Assembly (NCBI RefSeq): GCF_006345805.1
Contig: NC_043010.1
Coordinates: forward strand, 18,104,001 to 18,168,000
Direction of reading: 5' to 3'
DNA length: 64,000 bases
Source: Octopus sinensis
Taxonomy: Eukaryota
Shown: positions 12,978-25,224 of the stretch, in pieces
How the letters are laid out: every line of letters begins with the position of its first letter
Position numbering within the stretch: position 1 is the first letter of the stretch
The notes under the pieces: generated by a model
Database searches by the model: none
What the model was told of the DNA's origin: nothing
Seen by the model: the letters and a program-made list of their open reading frames with translations, nothing else
Translations under genes and position numbers: made by a program

Positions 12978-13470
12978 TAATGAAATTATTGTATACAGTG
13001 CTCAGGTGCACCACAACTTGTCAAAAAGTGCGTATAAAGTGTATGCAGTAATGTACAAATGTCTGGAAAGCGAACAGTGTATGAGTCAGATACATGCTTG
13101 CGTGTGTATGGAAAGTCAGGTGTAGTGTTGGCGAATCTCAGGAAGCATGAAAGTTTTGAAGGATGCAGTGCTCCGACAACTAACAACTGAAGCCGGCAGT
13201 CTGTTCCATGCTTCAGCAACTCTCAGCGTGAAAAAATGTTTCCGAAAGTCATGGGAGCTGTGCTGTTTTCTGACTTTGTAAACATGTCCACGGGTGTTAG
13301 ACAGGCCGAGTTTGAAAAGGTGCTCAGAGCTATTGTTTGTAAGATGGTTAATAATTTTATGGGTGTCTGCCAAGTCAGCTGCCAGATGCCGGAGTTTCAA
13401 TGTGTCCATACCCAGGGAAGTAAGGCATGTCTGATTCATTTGCGCATGCATAGGTGTGTGGATGCATTTC
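12978..13470 (-). mobile_element. CR1 LINE 3' end
   Basis: LKLRHLAADL..NTRGHVYKVRKQHSSHDFRKHFFTLRVAEAWNRLP matches the CR1 TRGH..FF..RV...WN.LP signature; (ATT)n tail. Confidence 0.9.
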
Positions 13471-13821
13471 TATTTAAAGATATTCCAACCATGACCATCC
13501 TGTCTGTTTGAAACCCAAATCTCTCTCCCTACCTCTTACACCCTACCTTTTTATACAAGTAATGCTGCCTGACAAATAGAAATACAAAAAATCCGATGGC
13601 CATGGCTGGAATGATTTTGGGGATAGGTCAATGACCAGATTTAAATCTGGAGGAGGGGGCACTGGGCATTTCAAGTTTGGTGGGCGCCTCATACCTAAAA
13701 ATTAATATCCGTGACAAATCTCCAAATTCACGTCCCACAACTCGTCCATTGCATGGAAGTGTCAAGTTTTCACATAAAAAGTTTGAATGCATCTGTCAAC
13801 GCCAAAGTTTATCATCTAAAC

Positions 13822-14037
13822 CAGGGGTGGGCAAACTACGGCCCGCGGGCCGCATGCGGCCCGCCATAGGTTTTCATGCGGCCCGCCGAGAGCTTTTATG
13901 AATCCCAACTTCTATGCAGATACTTCGTAACTGTACGGTAATTCACAATATTTTCACTTGATTTTTATAAATGAGGCCCGCCAAGGTTCCAAAGACGCAC
14001 TGTGCGGCCCGCGATCAAAAAAGTTTGCCCACCCCTG
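13822..14037. mobile_element. hAT (Charlie/SPIN-like) MITE
   Basis: Perfect 16-bp TIR CAGGGGTGGGCAAACT/AGTTTGCCCACCCCTG; perfect 8-bp TSD ATCTAAAC (13814-13821, 14038-14045); repeated GCGGCCCGC subterminal motifs. Confidence 0.95.
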
Positions 14038-14071
14038 ATCTAAACTAAGTACAGCAAGTGTTATCCACCCT

Positions 14072-14107
<36 letters not shown>

Positions 14108-14109
14108 AA

Positions 14110-14750
14110 TACTTACGAAAATTCTTTCTTTTGACATTTGACATCTGAACAATCTTTAATGATTTCCTCACACTACCGCCATCAGAACGCTGCTCTCTTC
14201 ATCCAAAAGGTAACGAGGCACTTTGTCTTTGATGCGTTATCTTGGGTCTCAGTTCTTTATCAATTTACTGAATGATTTCTCTCCTGAATAAACTCGTGGC
14301 CATCAAGCTCAAATGTATTCTCTAAGTGCTTCAGCAACACTTGGAAAGTTATCAGCAAGCCCTTCATCATTGATTAAAATGCCCGCTGAGATGGGGGTGA
14401 AGCTTCACTTGCGTCTATAAAAGGCTGCAAAACGTACAATTTCCACTACGAACACATAACTAAAATCGCAGGTGAAAGCAGTGACGAGTTTTACAGCTTC
14501 AGTTCTGGTCGCTGCATCAAGTGGATGACATAAATACACAATGACTATGAGCTTGTCGTGTACTGATTGATTGGTTGCCCTGCATTTTTAAAAGGCAACT
14601 GATCTAAAATGACGTTGAAAGTCTCGCAACTGGATGTTTCTCTTGCAGAAAGAAGAACTTCCTCTGTGGCTAATGCTGGATTTGCATCATGTTTGTTTCT
14701 CTTCCTTTGTCTCCCTGCCGAACGCATCTCACTTTATATCATGAAAAATC
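14110..14750 (-). mobile_element. hAT transposase relic (C-terminal dimerisation region)
   Basis: RQRKRNKHD..EEVLLSARE..ETFNVILDQL and NFPSVAEALR..SGEKSFSKLIKN resemble the FP.V..ALRI..SGERSFSKLK motif. Contains stops. Confidence 0.7.
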
Positions 14751-14759
14751 AAACGCGAG

Positions 14760-14812
<53 letters not shown>

Positions 14813-14818
<6 letters not shown>

Positions 14819-15710
14819 AATCCCAAAAGTAACCGGAAATGTTCTCTGTGGAACAAGCCCGTTGTAGTTCGAGCTTCCGCCGCTAGAAACCACTTGATGC
14901 AACCCCCAGGCATCAGTCTGACGACCGACGTCTTCGGGCAAAGTCGTACTGACATGTGATGCGTCTTTGCTTTGCAGTAATTCCCCACTGGTCGTCGTTT
15001 TTTGCGATGGCTGAAACGAAGAAACAGCATGCTTCCGTGAAATTCTGTTTGCGGCTGGGGAAAACGGCGGTCGAAACAGTTGTCATGCGTCAAACAGCTT
15101 CAAAGGAGGCTGTCATGAGCAAAACAGAAGTTTACGAGTGGTTTGTCACGCTTTATGAATGGTCAATTGTCGCTCGAAGATCAATCTCGTCCAGGACGAC
15201 CGTCGACTCCTTGAACGAATGAAAACATTATGAAAATTCATACACTGATCTTGGTGGACCGTCACCGAACAATTGACGAATTTGTTGATATGACTGGTAT
15301 GTCCTGGAACTCCTGCCAATGGATTTTGAGCGAAGAATTGCGAACGAAAAAGTTGCAGCAAAATTTGTGCTTCGCTTGCTCATGGAAGATCAAAAGCAGC
15401 CAGGACTGAATGCGTTTCGTGAACTGAAAGAATAGTCGGCAGTTGATCGAAACTTTTATCGAAGGTCATCCCTGGTGAGGAAAGCTGGTGCCACAGAATT
15501 TGTGGATGTGGAAGAGATGAAGCAAAAAAAAAAAAAAAAAACAGGACAGAGGTGTTAAAAGGCATCATTTCGCAAGAGTTCAGGACTGCTTCGAACAGTG
15601 GAAAACACATCTGAGGCATCGCTTCAAATGGAGAATACTTTGAAGGTGATAAAAGTGTAAAACGAAGTGAATAATTGTGCAAAATTCCGTTTCTTTTTGG
15701 TATCCCTTCG
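14813..15710 (+). mobile_element. Internally deleted mariner transposon
   Basis: ~28-bp imperfect TIRs (cgagggaatcccaaaagtaaccggaaat / attccgtttctttttggtatcccttcg). N-terminal HTH QHASVKFCLRLGKTAVET..SKTEVYEWF, LSKVIPGEESW (ITGDE motif), then a jump to the C-terminal NGEYFEGDK. Most of the DDD domain is missing. Confidence 0.9.
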
Positions 15711-16084
15711 TGTGTGTGTATGTGTGTATTATCTTTTGCCTGTTTCAGTCATTTGACTGCGGTCAGGGGGCACCGCCTTGAAGAGTTTTAACCGGACAAC
15801 TCGATCCCAGGACTTTTTTTATAGCCTAGAACTCATTCTATCAGTCACTTTCTGCGGGACGTAAACACACCGACACCGGTTGTCAAGTGGTGGTAGGGTA
15901 AAAACCCAGACACAAAAACACACAAACGTAGACATGTACATACATACATACATACATAGTGGCTGCCCCTCGTTATCGAGTATGGCCATTGCACGAAGCT
16001 TAATCAATGTTGTTATCGTGCAATGCCTGTGCAAGCAGATTTTTTTTTAAAGTGAGGAAAGGCTGTGCACTAAGTCAATCCCAC

Positions 16085-16508
16085 TCACTAAGCGACAGCA
16101 GCCATAATCCGAAAAGAAGAACAAGTCAACATCATCGGTAACCACTGAGCCGCAGGTTTTACGTCGGGGTTATCCCAGTTACCTGAGTTACCTTCTCCTT
16201 GAAGGATGCCCTAACAAAGGCTAGGAGTCCTTCACTCCCAACGGCTTAACCGCGCGATCGGGTATTCAGTCCGATTATTTGTATGTCCCCGCGCATGATA
16301 CAGCCTTAAGACATTTATTGGATGGCCGTTGACTCTGAAGAGTTCCTCCGCCTTTTGACGGGTTTTGTTTTTCATCCCGCGGGGTGTCCAATAAACACCC
16401 TCCTCACAAGCAAGCTAGGTGGGGTTACCAGTTTAGTCGCCGACGACCCGACCATGCAACAGGTTGTACTGGGTTACATGTTACCAGTAGCACTCGAAAG
16501 TGACCTGA
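16085..16508 (-). mobile_element. RTE-family 5'UTR fragment
   Basis: Shares ~190 bp with the 5' end of 18490-19578 and carries a ggagaaggtaactc...aaaacctgcggc segment like those in RTE 5'UTRs. Confidence 0.6.
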
Positions 16509-17748
16509 CATACATACATACATACATACATACATACATACATACACATACATACATACATACATACATACATACATACATACATGTATATATTCTTTTA
16601 TTTGTTTCGGATCTTCGTGGTTTTCGTTACTGTTTACAATTATCATTAAAAACACCTCTTAATGTATCATATAAATGTAATTTTTGACGCTGAATCCGAA
16701 TTTGTTTTTCTTTTCTTCTATAAATATTTTGCAAAAAGTTACAGGTGTTCAAAGTTTGACAATTGTCAGCATTTTCAGCCAATCAGAAAACAGCGCGTTC
16801 GCTGCCCCTTCCATCATCAGTGGGGTGGGGGTCATTGGCATGTCAAAACATGGCTAGTTCCCTTGTACACGCACACACATAAACTCACAGAGTTGAAACG
16901 TTCCCACTACCAAGTTTGCCATCACCCCTTCCTTTCTTATTCATATGTTAAGACGGAGAAAAACCAAGAGTATTATCATAGTAAAAAGATTATCGTTCTC
17001 GTATCTCAATCTCTTCCTTGTACGCATGCGCAGCATCTTTGGTTACTATGGAAACAGAGTTTTTCGCCACGGTGATGTGTAAAATACTAGCTTCTCATTG
17101 GCTAAAATACCCAAATTCTGTACATTTTAAAGGAAAATGAATTTATAGGAAAACTGAAACTCATTTTCATAATTAGTAAACAAAATCTAATCCATAAATT
17201 ATACTCGTTATACTCGAGATTGCTCCAATGTGGCCAGCACTAAGGAAAAACTAAGCTAAGAGCATTAGATTCCTTGGAAGAAAGCAGCGAATGTACACGA
17301 AAACAAGGACAGTAAAAAAGAAACGGAGAAATGTTACATAAATACAAATGCAAATAACAGGACATAACAACAGGTGTCTTTCGACTAAGGATGAATTAAG
17401 CTGGCGTGTGTGGAAGTAAAGCCTTATGGCAGAGACATAAGAGATGACAGGCATGGGGAGGAATGTAGATGTTGCACGGATGGTAGTCGAACCAAGAAAG
17501 AAAGGTCAGGCTTGGCCGAACATCGGTCACGTGAGGTTAGAGAAGAGAGGTTGAGGCAGAGGGACAGAAGAATTAGGGAGGGACGAGAATAAAAGGAAAG
17601 AGTGAAGTGAAAGAGGAGGGAAGGAGAGAATGAAGAGAAAGCCAGGAAATGTGAGAGAGGGGGAACGAAAGAAAGAAGAGTGGAAAGAACGAAGTAAGTG
17701 TGAAGGGGCTGATAGAAAGAAAGAATGAAAGAATAAGAGAGTCGTACA

Positions 17749-17807
<59 letters not shown>

Positions 17808-17939
17808 TGTCAAGCCTATCTGGCGACGTTGATGTTCGCCTGGGGCTAAATGCAACAGTAACACCCCCACCACCCTGCCCTGTCCCTAGCCATATTCAGA
17901 TGGCTTTAGTCCCTTATGTTATGGAGCAGTTACTGTCTA

Positions 17940-17962
17940 TATCTCATTTAGAGAATTATTAT

Positions 17963-18024
<62 letters not shown>

Positions 18025-18470
18025 CTAAAGTGTACGTGCGCCGCCATATGTATATAAAAAAGAATTTAAAAAATGGGACAAGAACGCAAAACATCCAGAC
18101 AGCTAGAGGATACAAAAAAGGGACAACAAAAGCACTCAGATTGATGATACAAAAGAGGGAAAGAAAACTTCGAATGATCCGTCTGTGTTTTTTATTGTCC
18201 CTCTTCTGTATCATCTGTCTGGATGTTTTGCGTTCTTGTTCTATTTTTTTGTATTCACACATATATATATATCATGATAGATCATTAGCCACTACACATA
18301 TTTTTTTCTCACCTTGTTTCTCTCCTTCTTTTTTCTGTGTCCCTTTCTGTAGAAGAGCGTAGGCTCGAAACGTAAAAGACTTTTTCTATTCCTGAGCATT
18401 ATACTAATACATCTGTTTGTTCTGTACACCACCTGTCTTCGTCTTTTGTTTTTTCGTAAACTCTCCCTAT
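17940..18470 (+). mobile_element. Penelope-like terminal-repeat-derived element with microsatellite insertions
   Basis: gaagagcgtaggctcgaaacgt motif followed by a T-rich tail, typical of PLE pseudo-LTRs. Confidence 0.5.
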
Positions 18471-18489
18471 ATATATATATATATATATC

Positions 18490-19573
18490 AACATCATCAT
18501 CATCATCATCATCAAGCGATGACTATTTTTCCCAGAACTTTATTTGTAGTTATGTGACCTCTGATAACTATGAAGTCCGATTCTAGAGAGACAGATGCGT
18601 CCGCAAGAGAAGCATTTAAAGCCTTGCTGCTGTTGACTTCCAGGGTTCTGCCCGTGTCACCGGGCGCCACGCGCCACTTCAGTTTGCAGCAGATCTTCTT
18701 GCGGGTTGGTGGTGCCAGTCTTGTATGCGTCGTGCTAGCTTGTGCGACCTGCAGCCATTGATGCGAAACTGTCGGGTGAGATATGACACTTTTTCAGCGT
18801 TGCCTTCAGATGATCTTTAAAGCGCTTGTGCTGGCCACCGGCAGAGCGTCTTCCGTACATAACAAGGCGGGGCAATCGATTTGAAGACATTCGAATGACA
18901 TGCCCCGTTCATCTGGCTGTTTGTTCGGCCCCGTATCACAGCATGAGGGATCCTGTTCCAGCAGTGTAAGCTAAGGAGTTGTTGAAGGCGAGAGATACGA
19001 AACCGTTCGAGCATCTTGATATGACGTCAGTAGGGCACCCAAGACACGCAACCATCATACAACACGATTGAGACACAAACAGCATTGTAGACAGCCACTC
19101 TTGTTCCAATGTTGATGTTTTTGTTGAGAAGGACGCGAGTACTTTGCCGACCAAACGCAGCAGAGACAAGACGAACACGGCTCTGAATATCGCCTGTCAG
19201 ATTGAGGGTGTTGTTTGTAGCTTAAGGACTTCTCTGTCCTGAATGGTTTTTATGTTCGGAGTTGTCCTTCTTCTAGTCTTAACAGGTGCTACCGCTCCAG
19301 ACCAGGGCGGACCTGGGAGCTATGACAAATTAAAAGGTAACTCCACTTTCATCAAGACAAAGCCCGCTGTCATCAGATGCTGTTTCAGATCTTGTCCAGG
19401 ATCATTTGTTGGATGGTCGTTCACTGCTCATGAGTATTTTTCATCCTGCAGGGGGTCCAACAAACACCCTCCCTCACTAAGCAAGCTTGGTGGGGTTGCC
19501 AATTTAGCCACCGACGACCCGACCATGCAACAGGTTGTACTGGATTACATGTTACCAGTAGCACTCAAGAGCG

Positions 19574-19578
<5 letters not shown>
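18490..19578 (-). mobile_element. Bipartite non-autonomous RTE derivative (5'UTR fused to ORF2 3' end)
   Basis: 5' module shared with 16310-16505, then GDIQSRVRLVSAAFGR..TRVAVYNAVCVSIVLY, MLERFRI.., terminal FKCFSCGRICLSRIGLH zinc motif and (GAT)n tail. No APE or RT core is visible. Confidence 0.75.
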
Positions 19579-19629
<51 letters not shown>

Positions 19630-19659
19630 TATAAAATTTGTGATAAAGTTTTCAAATCA

Positions 19660-20348
19660 ACTTTTGGCACAAGGCCAGCGGCTTTTGAGAGGAGGAGAAA
19701 TTGATTACATCGATCCCAGTAATTGACTGGTTCTTATTTTATCGACCGCGGAAAGAGGAAAAGCAAAGTCGACTTCGGCAGAATTTGATCTCAGAACGTA
19801 AAGACGGACGAAATACCTAGTTCTTTACTACCCTCAAGGGGCTAAACACAGAGAGGACAAACAAGGACAGACAAACGGATTAAGTCGATCATATCGACCC
19901 CAGTGCTTAACTGGTTCTTATTTAATCGACCCCGAAAGAATGAAAGGTAAAGTCAACCTCGGCGGAAGTTGAACTCCGAACGTAGCTGCAGACGAAATAC
20001 CTATTTCTTTATTACCTACAAGGGGCTAAACACAGAGGGAACAAACAAGGACAGACATAGGTATTAAGTCGATTACACCGACCCCAGTTCGTAACTGGTA
20101 CTTAATTTATCGACCCCGCAGACGAAATACCGCTAGGCATTTCGCCCGGCGTGCAAATATTCCTGCCAGCTCGCCGCCTTAGAAAGGATGAAAGGCAAAG
20201 TCGGCAGACGAAATACCTATTTCTTTACTGCCCACAAAGGGCTAACACAGGAGGACAAACAAGGACAGACAAACGGATTAAGTCGGACGGACAAAATACC
20301 GCTAAGTGTTTTGTCCGGCGCGCTCACGATACTGCCAGCTCATCGCCT
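19660..20348 (-). mobile_element. Tandem cluster of 3-4 partial SINE family A copies
   Basis: Repeated gtcgactt/ctcggcggaa..gaactc..gacgaaatacc blocks. A similar three-copy cluster is at 37165-37800. Confidence 0.85.
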
Positions 20349-20834
20349 TTTTATAATTTGAAAGCATTTAATGCGTACACTTCAGATCTTACGCAGTATA
20401 TAATAGGAAATACATCCTCTTAGTAACCCACTTTACTAGCCTAATTGCACACACACCCACACACAGAACTATTTCCGTCAGTTGGTTCATATTTTGAAAT
20501 ATATTAACTGAAGAAAATCTTGCGTAAGGGGATGTACTTCCTATTGTATATTACGCAAAATCTGAAACGTACGTATTAAATTTTATAAAGATATCATTAT
20601 TTGGTTTGACTAATTTTATTACAAAGTATACGACTTCATATAATGACAAAATAGCCTGTCCTGACTTCATTTTTGCGGATTCCCTAACAAGATTCGGAGT
20701 AGTTTTTTTTTTTTGGTATTTGGCTTGAGTCGAAAATTCTGGTACCGTGCATTGTTTTTAAGCAAAACACGATATGTACGTATGTATGTATATGTATGTG
20801 TGTGTATATATGTATGTACGTATATATATGTATG

Positions 20835-20879
<45 letters not shown>

Positions 20880-20887
20880 TAATATAT

Positions 20888-20932
<45 letters not shown>

Positions 20933-20954
20933 GCACCTACATGTGGACTCCTAT

Positions 20955-21322
20955 CGCCTTTGATTCCTCATAACTTTGAGGAAAAAGGATATTTTTAATG
21001 AAATTTTCTACGAAGACCTTTCACGTGGTGCAGATTGCAATTATATTGCAATGTAAAAAAAGGGGAAGAAAAATAACGGGTGCGCACACATACATACTGT
21101 CACACATCACATTTTACCAAAATTTCAAGTGACATTTGGTATACATATGTGTGTGTGTGTGTGTGTGTGTGGTGCATGTAAGTATGTATGTGTGAGCGCC
21201 CATTAATTTTTCTTTTTTGCATTAAATTCCAATATATTCGGAATCTACACCAACTGAGCAGAACATTTCAATAGAAAGCATCCATTTGTTTTAAAGTTAT
21301 GAGGAAACAAAGTCGACAGAGG
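20955..21322. mobile_element. Probable Tc1/mariner-like MITE relic
   Basis: Inverted similarity between ctatcgcctttgattcctcataacttt near the left end and aaagttatgaggaaacaaagtcgacag near the right end; TA-repeat flanks. Confidence 0.4.
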
Positions 21323-21479
21323 GCATATATATGTATATATATATACATATATATATATGCATGTGTGGATATGTGTACCTATATATAAGTACTAATGTAT
21401 ATTTAGGGCGTTCATACCTCTAAACATACATGAAGTAAGAGTATATTGTATACACACTGGAAAATGGAGGGACGCCAGC

Positions 21480-21805
21480 GAAGAAGTGCTTGAAAAGGAG
21501 AATACCATTTATAAGTGGAGTAAAGAGGGAAGGAAACGTGACTAGGACATACGTATAAGCATAGAGAGCAATGGATTGAGAGAGAGAGAAAGAAAGAGAT
21601 AGAGAAAAGGAAGAAGAGAGAGAAAACGAGAGAAAGAGAAGGAGATACAGAGAGAGAAAGAAAGGAAAGGAGTGAGATAGAGAGAGAGAGTGAGAGTGTA
21701 GAAAGGGAATAATTTAGTGAGAGACGGAGTGAAGTGACTGCAACATAAAAGATAACCTTAAAGAGGGCAGAATAGAAAGTGGGGCAATCTTTTAGATAGA
21801 TTAAG

Positions 21806-21840
<35 letters not shown>

Positions 21841-24425
21841 CGAAGAGGGGGGAACTGTGACGTGGTTGTTGTTGGTTAGTGTGAGAGAAGAAAGAGAGAG
21901 AGAGCGAGAGAGAAAGAAAGAAGGGTTTATAGAGAAAGAGAAGGTAGACGAAGACAGCTAGAACTTGAAATAGTGCGTGGGGAGAGGAAATAAAGAGATA
22001 AAGTAGAAAAACAGCAGAGAGAGAAAGAGATGAGAAGGAGAGATAAGAGTGAGAGAAGATAATACATAAGGGGTAAAAGTGGTAGTCAAGAGAAATTGTA
22101 GAAATATACAGTGAAAGAGAGAGAGAGAGAGAGAGAGAGAGACGGGTGCATTGGAGACACAGAGAGAGAAAGAGAGAATATTATGGTAGGAGAAGAGAGA
22201 TAAGGTGAGAAGGAGTGAGTGAATGAGAGAAGAAAACAGTGACGGGAGTGATAGGAGGACTTAAAGAGAACAAATTTCAATGTGGAGGGGAACAAGTTGT
22301 TGCTAGATAGAGTAGGATGTAGTAGGAAAGGGAGAAAATAGAGGGAAGAGAATATAATGAAATAGTGAGACAGCAGAGGAGAAATAGAGAGTGGTAGAGA
22401 AGGAATTAGTGATAAAAGAGGAGGTGCAGAAAGAAAGAGAGAGAGAGAGAGTAACGATGTATATAAGGTAAATGACAGAGAAAAGAGGAGAACAAGAGTT
22501 AGAGAAACGTAAGGCTGAGAGAGAGAATGACAGGAATAGAAAAAAAAAAATAAAGGATTGAGTAAAGGTTATAGATAGAAATAAGAAGATGCAGATTGGA
22601 GATGTGAGTGAAGGTTATTGAGAATGTGTGAGAGAGAGAAGGAACGATTAAAAGGAATGTAGAGGGAGAATGTGTGAAAGGTATAGCTAGGGAGGGAGAG
22701 AGGGTTCTCCCTATTTCTGTGCGTGTGTGTGTGTGTGTGTTTGTATAAGTGTATAATATATATATATATATAATATATATATGTGTGTGTGTGTGGTGGG
22801 TGTCTGAATTGTGTAATGTAAAGGGTATGAAAATGAGGAAGGTTCCTGCATGTAGGTAGTGAAGTATACAGTTATAAAAGGTAGGAGTAAAAAGAGGAAG
22901 GTTGCAGCAGGGAGGGAAAATAGAGAGGGAGTAAGGTAGAGATGGGGGGAGTAGTGAGTGGAGCGATTAAAGAAGGAACAATCGAAGGTAGAAAGACTGT
23001 GGGATCGAGAGAGTGAGAGAGAGAGGGGGAGAGAGAGGGGGAGGGTAGGCTTGTGGGAAGAAGCTAGTAGGATGGAGAGCAACAGATTAAGTAGGATATG
23101 GAGGTGATAGAAAAATAAAGAGGAGCGAGATGTAAGAAATGGGCAAGATGGAGGAAATAAAGAAATAAATACGTTAGGGAGAAGGATTGATACTGAGAAT
23201 TAAAATGTGAAGAAAGAGGATGAATAAGTAACGGATGGAATAGATAGATAAAGTGATAATAAAGAGAAGAGAGAGAGAGAGAGAGAGAGGAGGAGAAAGC
23301 GAGAGAATGAGGTCGAGAAGGAACAGAGACACGGAAGAAGTGAAACCTAGGAGGAAGGACATAACGAGGTCGAGAAGGAACGGAGACAGGAATAGAACTT
23401 GAAAGAGAAGAGAGAGAGAGAGAAAGAGTAAAAGAGATGGGTGGGAAAGAGAGAGTAAGGTGGAATAGAGAAAATGAAACCCAAGTAGAAGAGAAATAGT
23501 GAAGGTTTACGCAGCAGGAGAGAATGAGGGAAGGAGAAAGGCAGGGGAGAAATGTAGGAAATAATAGAGAGAGAGAGAGAAAGATAAGAGAAACCCGAGA
23601 AAGGAGGGAGAGAGAGAAAGCGAAGGAGAAAATGGAAGAAAACAGTAGGATCAAAATAGAGAGAGAGAGAGAGCGAGCGAGAAAGATGAAGGAGATTAAG
23701 ATACACATGGTGACAGAGTGAAAAATAAAGTAAAGGAGGATTGAGCGAGGACGTAAAGAAAAAATGGGGAAGACATAGTGGGATCGAAAGTAAATGTGAG
23801 AGAGGAGGAAGGGAGAGAGAGTTAGAGGGAAAGAAGGTTATATAGTAGAGAGAGAGGGAGATGGAGAGAGAGAGAGAGAGAGAGAAAGGGACAAGGAGAT
23901 AGAGTGAAAATGTGAGAAAGAGAAGGAAAATGGGTGAAGGCTGCGGGATCGGCATTGAAAATGAGAGAAAGAGAGAAGGTATAAAGAAATATAGGGAGGA
24001 AGGGAGAAGAGAAAGCGAGTGAAAGAGTAAGAAATAAAGAGGGAAAGAAGAGGGAAGAAAAACAGGAAAAGACAGAGGGATCGAGAGTCAGAGAGGGGAA
24101 GATGGAGAGAAGACAAGAAAATAGGAAAAAAAAATGGGGAAGAGTAGAACAGGATCTAGAATGAGAGAGAGAGAGAGAGAGGAGCAGAAAAGAAACATAT
24201 AGGGAGTGAGAGGTGTAGAAATTGTAAGGGAGGAAAAAATAAAGAAAGACTAAGAGGAATGAGAGAAGGAACAAGGGGAGAATAGAGTGGGATCGAGACT
24301 GAGTGAAAGGAAGAGAGAGAGAGAGATAGGAAGACGCACACAGAGGGAAAATAAAAAGAATTATAGGGAGGAAGGGAGAGCAGGAGTGAGAAAGAGGGTG
24401 GGAGGGAGAGAGAAGAAGTGTGAGG
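21480..24425 (+). repeat. ~3 kb degenerate (GA)-rich polypurine tract
   Basis: Direct reading; source of the L/S/F-rich minus-strand pseudo-ORFs. Confidence 0.9.
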
Positions 24426-24875
24426 GCAGAAACAATAAGTTCTCCCCCCTGACCTTGTACAATGCTTGCTCCCTCTTCCCTTAAACCTTTCGTCTCGGCC
24501 AAGGAAGGGGCATCACTACAAACAGTTGCTTGTTAAGGCCGGGTTTGCAAGGTGTGTGTGTGTGTATATAGGAAAACAACAGGAGACCCGAAGCACAGGC
24601 AGTGCTTGATTAATAATAATAACAATAACAGCACCACTAGCAACCCTCATCATCATCATCAACATAGAAAGTAATACAGTGACAGCTCCTTCGCATAGAG
24701 AAAAATAACTGTGTATATATATATATATATATATCTGTATCTATCTATCTATATATATATATATATATATATACACAAACGCACACTCATATAATAATAA
24801 TATATACATACATATGTATGTGTGTGTGTGTGGTTTAGTAAGCTAGCTATCTTCGTTTTATTTTCGCCCTTACAG

Positions 24876-24899
24876 CTTGGCTCCACCACATTTTCTGGG
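24876..24899 (+). CDS. Candidate 24-nt microexon
   Basis: cttcgttttattttcgcccttacag|CTTGGCTCCACCACATTTTCTGGG|gtaagt. Near-consensus sites; all three frames are open (LGSTTFSG / LAPPHFL / WLHHIFW). Confidence 0.5.
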
Positions 24900-25224
24900 G
24901 TAAGTAACCTACATCGTTCAAACCTTTTTCTTGAGCCTTAAACGTTTTATAATTGCTGTTTGTTTGGCTTGCATTGCTTGTTTGAGTCTTGCCATTTATC
25001 TGATTATTTCAATGTTCAGTGGTTTATAATATATAGATATATATAGATATATAGAAACACACATATGTATATGCACACACACACACATAAGCACATACTT
25101 ACACACACATATATATATATACATATATCCATATATACACAGAGTAAGAGAGAGAACGCCAAATAAATATGTATGTGTAAACCTTTGAAATTTTAATATA
25201 GAAATGTGTGTGCGTGCGTGTTAT

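Noticed and set aside
23064-24502. 200+ aa L/S/F-rich minus-strand ORFs resembling membrane proteins
   Set aside because: They are translations of the CT-rich strand of a degenerate GA microsatellite, which lacks stops by composition.
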